Of a DNA stretch of 45,576 nucleotides, positions 42,373 to 45,576 are shown piece after piece. Position numbers and translations under genes: made by a program. Below the pieces are notes generated by a model that was given only the letters and a program-made list of their open reading frames with translations, was not told the DNA's origin and did not search any database. Source of the DNA: a virus. The stretch covers positions 1 to 45,576 of the IMG/VR virus record IMGVR_UViG_3300022561_000019; one strand, written 5' to 3'. Position 1 is the first letter of the stretch, and each line of letters opens with the position of its first letter.

Positions 42373-43398
42373 ATGCCAAAATTAGTAGAAGTATTTAACA
42401 CATTAGAACTTATAAATTATTTCAAGGAAAGAGTAGCTGTACCAATGTTAGGAGAAGCACTATTTCCTGAAAAGAAAATTCAAGACATAGAATTTGATAT
42501 GATCTTAGGACGCGGTGGTCTTCCAGTTAGTGCAAGCGTACATGCTCTAGATACAAAAACTCAATTAGCTAGCAGACAGGCTATTGAAAAGGGTGTTCAA
42601 AGTTTGGCTCTTATCAAAAGACAAATTAAGATCACTGAGAAAGAGTTAATTAAAATTCAAAATCCTCGAAATGATGCTGAGTTAGCATTTGTTTTAGCTC
42701 AACTTTATAAAGATGCGGATAAAATGGAGGAAAGTATCAGAGTAAGAGCCGAAGCGATGAGAATGGAAGTTATTTCATCGGGTAAAATTGCAATAAATGA
42801 AAACAATGTTGCTGTTACTATAGATTACTTAGTGCCATCTGAAAATAAATTGCCTTTTAACTGGTCCGCTCCAACTACTGCTACACCACTTATTGACTTA
42901 GAGACAATTGCTACTGCAGTTGAAACATCATGTGGAAGTAGACCATCAAGAGCAATGACTTCAAGAAAAGTAATGAAAGCTATTTGTGCATGTACTTCAA
43001 TCAGAAAAGCCATCTTTGGAACTAACTCAGACAAGCTTGTAACTTTAGCATTACTTAATGATTTATTATCACAATCTGATCTACCAATTCTTTTAGTTAA
43101 TGAGGGAAAATACAAAGTAGAAACCGCTACAGGATATTCAACGGTAAGATACTTCCCTGAAAACATAATTTCAATGTTTGGAAGTTCTGAACTTGGAGAA
43201 ACAATCTATGGATTAACTGCTGAAGAGGTTAAACTTATTGGTGACGGCAATATGGAAACTGCAGGCATGGTTGGAAATATATTTGTTGGAACTTACACAA
43301 GTGTAGATCCAGTAGCCGAGTTTACCAAAGCAGCAGCAACTGCAATTCCATCTTTCCCACATGCAGATGAATTGGGAATAGCAACAATAACACTTTAA
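42373..43398 (+). CDS. Major capsid protein (capsid E-like family)
   Basis: 341 aa. Strong SD AGAGGAGGAA. N-terminal PMLGEALFPEKKIQDIEFD pattern. Strong terminator downstream. Confidence 0.88.
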   Translation: MPKLVEVFNTLELINYFKERVAVPMLGEALFPEKKIQDIEFDMILGRGGLPVSASVHALDTKTQLASRQAIEKGVQSLALIKRQIKITEKELIKIQNPRNDAELAFVLAQLYKDADKMEESIRVRAEAMRMEVISSGKIAINENNVAVTIDYLVPSENKLPFNWSAPTTATPLIDLETIATAVETSCGSRPSRAMTSRKVMKAICACTSIRKAIFGTNSDKLVTLALLNDLLSQSDLPILLVNEGKYKVETATGYSTVRYFPENIISMFGSSELGETIYGLTAEEVKLIGDGNMETAGMVGNIFVGTYTSVDPVAEFTKAAATAIPSFPHADELGIATITL

Positions 43399-43402
43399 TA
43401 CT

Positions 43403-43430
43403 AAGGAGGATTGATTTCCTCCTTTTATTT
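43403..43430 (+). terminator. Rho-independent terminator after the capsid gene
   Basis: AAGGAGGA-ttgatt-TCCTCCTT then TTATTTT. Confidence 0.7.
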
Positions 43431-43449
43431 TATATAGAGGGAGGTATTT

Positions 43450-43737
43450 ATGGAGCTTAGTAAAGACCAGAGAAAAGCTATATTAACGATTAAAAATTAT
43501 TTAAATATAGGGCCTAATTTAAAATATAATGATGAATATATGATGGTAACATTTGAACTTGCTATTGATGAGCTAGTTGAAAGCTCTTTAGCTATTAAAG
43601 CAATGAAAGCAACTGGAATTAAATCTAAGAGTGATGGAGTACAATCTGTTACATTTGCTGATGGTATTGAAGCATGGTCCATAACTGATAATGTGAAGAT
43701 GCTTTTACCTTTGCCATTTGTAAGGTTAATGGGGTGA
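43450..43737 (+). CDS. Head-tail connector protein (gp6/QLRG-type candidate)
   Basis: 95 aa. First gene after the capsid. SD GAGGGAGG. Confidence 0.55.
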   Translation: MELSKDQRKAILTIKNYLNIGPNLKYNDEYMMVTFELAIDELVESSLAIKAMKATGIKSKSDGVQSVTFADGIEAWSITDNVKMLLPLPFVRLMG

Positions 43738-43741
43738 TGAT

Positions 43742-44152
43742 ATGAGTGTGTTATTTAAAAATGCCAGTATAACTTTGTATAATAGGTATTATGATTTTTC
43801 AAGTGGATATGATCTATATCAGAGGACTGTTATAAAAGGTGTTAACTGGAATGGTATTAGGAATGCTACAGTTAGCAGCAATGGCTTATTACTAGCTGAT
43901 TCCATACGTATTATTTTAGATAAATTAGAAAATTATATTTCTCCAAAACAGTTTGCAAAATTGAATGATAATGAAAGAGTAAATTATTTTACTTTAGCTA
44001 TAGGCGATAAGATCGTAAAAGGTGAAATTGACTTTGAAATTTGGGGTATTAAACCTAATTCCATTGCTGATTTAGAAAATAATTATAATGATGTAGTAAA
44101 TATAATGTCTTCCCGGGAACTTTCGGATCATTGGGAGGTGGAAGGTAAGTAA
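43742..44152 (+). CDS. Head-tail joining protein (minor-capsid-1-type candidate)
   Basis: 136 aa. Call rests on synteny. Confidence 0.5.
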   Translation: MSVLFKNASITLYNRYYDFSSGYDLYQRTVIKGVNWNGIRNATVSSNGLLLADSIRIILDKLENYISPKQFAKLNDNERVNYFTLAIGDKIVKGEIDFEIWGIKPNSIADLENNYNDVVNIMSSRELSDHWEVEGK

Positions 44153-44511
44153 TGGGTTCAACTATAAGAATAAATATGAACTCCACCGCTGCAATTATGG
44201 CTAAAAGAAAATTGCAAAATAATGGACCTGCGCAAGTGCTTTTTACAAAAGAATGTGCTAAAGCGTTTAACAATTATGTTCCCCTTGATACCGGTAGACT
44301 TAAGGATATGATGATTACTATAGAAACCGCTAGAATTATATACTCAGCGCCTTATGCATCAAAACAATTTTATAATAACAAGGGTATGGGAAAACAAGGT
44401 GATGCAGCTGGTGGCAAAAGGGGAAAGCAATGGGCTTCGCGCGGTTGGATTGATAATGGAAGCAAAATTGTAGAAACCATTGCTAACTTTTGTGGAGGTG
44501 TTAGCGAATGA
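44152..44511 (+). CDS. Head-tail joining protein (minor-capsid-2-type candidate)
   Basis: 119 aa. Overlapping starts and stops. Call rests on synteny. Confidence 0.5.
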   Translation: MGSTIRINMNSTAAIMAKRKLQNNGPAQVLFTKECAKAFNNYVPLDTGRLKDMMITIETARIIYSAPYASKQFYNNKGMGKQGDAAGGKRGKQWASRGWIDNGSKIVETIANFCGGVSE

Positions 44512-44945
44512 TTATAGAAAGCGTAAGAAATTTTATAAGAAATATGTCTTGTTTGGAAACTTTTAACAATGCTATTAGAGTAAATGTAAATTATTTAGAA
44601 CCTAATGTAGATAATTACTCTTTAGAGGAAATGCCAATAGAGCCTATTTTAAAGAAATATGTTAATGGTGATAGTATTAGACAGTATGCATTTCTTTTTA
44701 CAAGTAGAGAGCCATATAGTAGTGATGTAATTCAAAATATAGATAATTCAGGATTTTATGAAAAGTTTGCAGATGAAATTGAAAATAAGAATGATAATGA
44801 AATATTCCCTATACTAGACGCAAATTTAGAGGTTATAGAAATTAAAGTAACTAGTACAGGGTATGCCTTTGCAGTTAGTGAAGATACAGCTCAATATCAA
44901 ATTCAGTTAAGACTAAAATATTACAAAAAACAAGGAGGAATTTAA
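44508..44945 (+). CDS. Tail completion / head-tail joining protein
   Basis: 145 aa. ATGA overlap. Call rests on synteny. Confidence 0.5.
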   Translation: MIIESVRNFIRNMSCLETFNNAIRVNVNYLEPNVDNYSLEEMPIEPILKKYVNGDSIRQYAFLFTSREPYSSDVIQNIDNSGFYEKFADEIENKNDNEIFPILDANLEVIEIKVTSTGYAFAVSEDTAQYQIQLRLKYYKKQGGI

Positions 44946-44946
44946 C

Positions 44947-45423
44947 ATGATACGTAAAAGAAAAATACAAGCAAACTATTTGAAAGTAGCAGAGGCATTT
45001 GAACTATTAGGAACAGGCTTCACAGAGCTAAATGAAAGCCCTAGTGCTCAAACAAGTTCTAAGAGGTACATTAATCAATCAAGTGCAACTCAATCAGTTA
45101 CAGGCTATGAATGGGGAACTTCATTCAATGCGGATCAAATAGTATCTGAAAATGCTATTGAGCATATTAGAAACATTGGAGAAATGCAGTTAACCGGTGG
45201 GGATACAGAAACAGAATATGTAATAGTTGATTTAGACCAAGCTGCATTGACTCTTGGCTTTAGAGCTAGAAAGTTTAATGTTGCTGTAGCGGTGGATTCA
45301 TTTGAAGACAACGACGGTGAACTTGGAATCACTGGAAATTTCTTAGGATTAAGTGATCCTATATTAGGAACATTTGATACAGCACTTAAAACATTCACAG
45401 AAGGATTTGTACCAGCAGTATAG
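44947..45423 (+). CDS. Major tail protein
   Basis: 158 aa. Strong SD AAGGAGGAA. Lies immediately before the chaperone pair. Confidence 0.65.
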   Translation: MIRKRKIQANYLKVAEAFELLGTGFTELNESPSAQTSSKRYINQSSATQSVTGYEWGTSFNADQIVSENAIEHIRNIGEMQLTGGDTETEYVIVDLDQAALTLGFRARKFNVAVAVDSFEDNDGELGITGNFLGLSDPILGTFDTALKTFTEGFVPAV

Positions 45424-45434
45424 GAGGGATTTAA

Positions 45435-45576
45435 TTGAAAATTAATAACGTTGAATTAGAAGATATAGATATATTGGATGCCGATGTGGCTGAAAGGTAT
45501 GAAAATGCATTAGAAACTGTAAATGGAATCGCTGAGAAAGTCAAGGGTATGAAGAGCTCAGAAAGTATTAGAATTC
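45435..45576 (+). CDS. Tail assembly chaperone, 5' part (continues at 3..296)
   Basis: TTG 45435 lies 6 nt after GGAGGG. In frame with ORF 3..296 through the duplicated junction. Confidence 0.6.
   Translation, partial: MKINNVELEDIDILDADVAERYENALETVNGIAEKVKGMKSSESIRI
45484..45576. repeat. Exact 93-bp duplicate of bases 1-93 (assembly overlap of a circular molecule)
   Basis: Base-for-base identity on direct reading. Confidence 0.95.

Larger units (their letters stand above)
1..45576. mobile_element. Complete temperate siphovirus-like phage genome, circularly closed or permuted (unit 45,483 bp)
   Basis: All phage modules present in syntenic order. Bases 1-93 are identical to 45484-45576. int plus attP-like repeats are intact and there is no host flank. 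Confidence 0.85.

Noticed and set aside
41522-43166. Minus-strand ORFs 41522..41929 and 42825..43166 inside the scaffold and capsid genes.
   Set aside because: They are antisense shadows within confident, highly expressed structural genes.
1-45576. Looked for tRNA/tmRNA genes, CRISPR arrays, reverse transcriptase (DGR or retron), transposases or IS elements, and inteins or introns in the polymerase, terminase and primase genes.
   Set aside because: None found. There are no RT or transposase motifs in any ORF, the large genes have normal lengths with contiguous motifs, and nothing folds as a cloverleaf.

Overview
The window is one complete genome of a temperate siphovirus-like phage from an AT-rich, Clostridium-like Firmicute. 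It is a closed circular assembly: bases 1-93 are repeated exactly at 45484-45576, giving a unit of 45,483 bp, and a tail-chaperone gene reads through the junction. Almost everything is on the + strand. Module order is as follows. Tail: chaperone pair, tape measure, Dit, Tal, beta-helix fibre (1-8.2 kb). Small RHH islet. Lysis cassette: holin, Amidase_3 endolysin, second holin (8.9-10.3 kb). Accessory island (10.4-16.3 kb). attP-like repeats, tyrosine integrase and CI-like repressor on the minus strand (16.3-17.9 kb). CI/Cro-type switch with two operator families. Early genes, including a SigF/G-like sigma factor and a Spo0E-like ORF. Replication module: DUF1351, DUF2800 nuclease, DUF2815 SSB, family-A DNA polymerase, two free-standing HNH endonucleases, dUTPase, primase/VirE helicase, iteron origin, VRR-NUC, SNF2. 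A SigE/K-like sigma factor and a region-4-like late regulator. Packaging and head genes: terS, terL, portal, Mu-F-like protein, scaffold, capsid, head-tail joining proteins, major tail protein. I found no tRNA, rRNA, CRISPR array, transposase or reverse transcriptase. The best candidate for something undescribed is a self-contained operon at 11838-15118 in the lysogeny-side cargo slot. It encodes a pre-pilin-like membrane protein, a second membrane protein and a 782-aa ATPase of the VirB4/HerA/FtsK superfamily. The order resembles virB2-virB3-virB4, but no other secretion or conjugation parts are present. All functional calls rest on motifs read by eye and on synteny; no database search was run.
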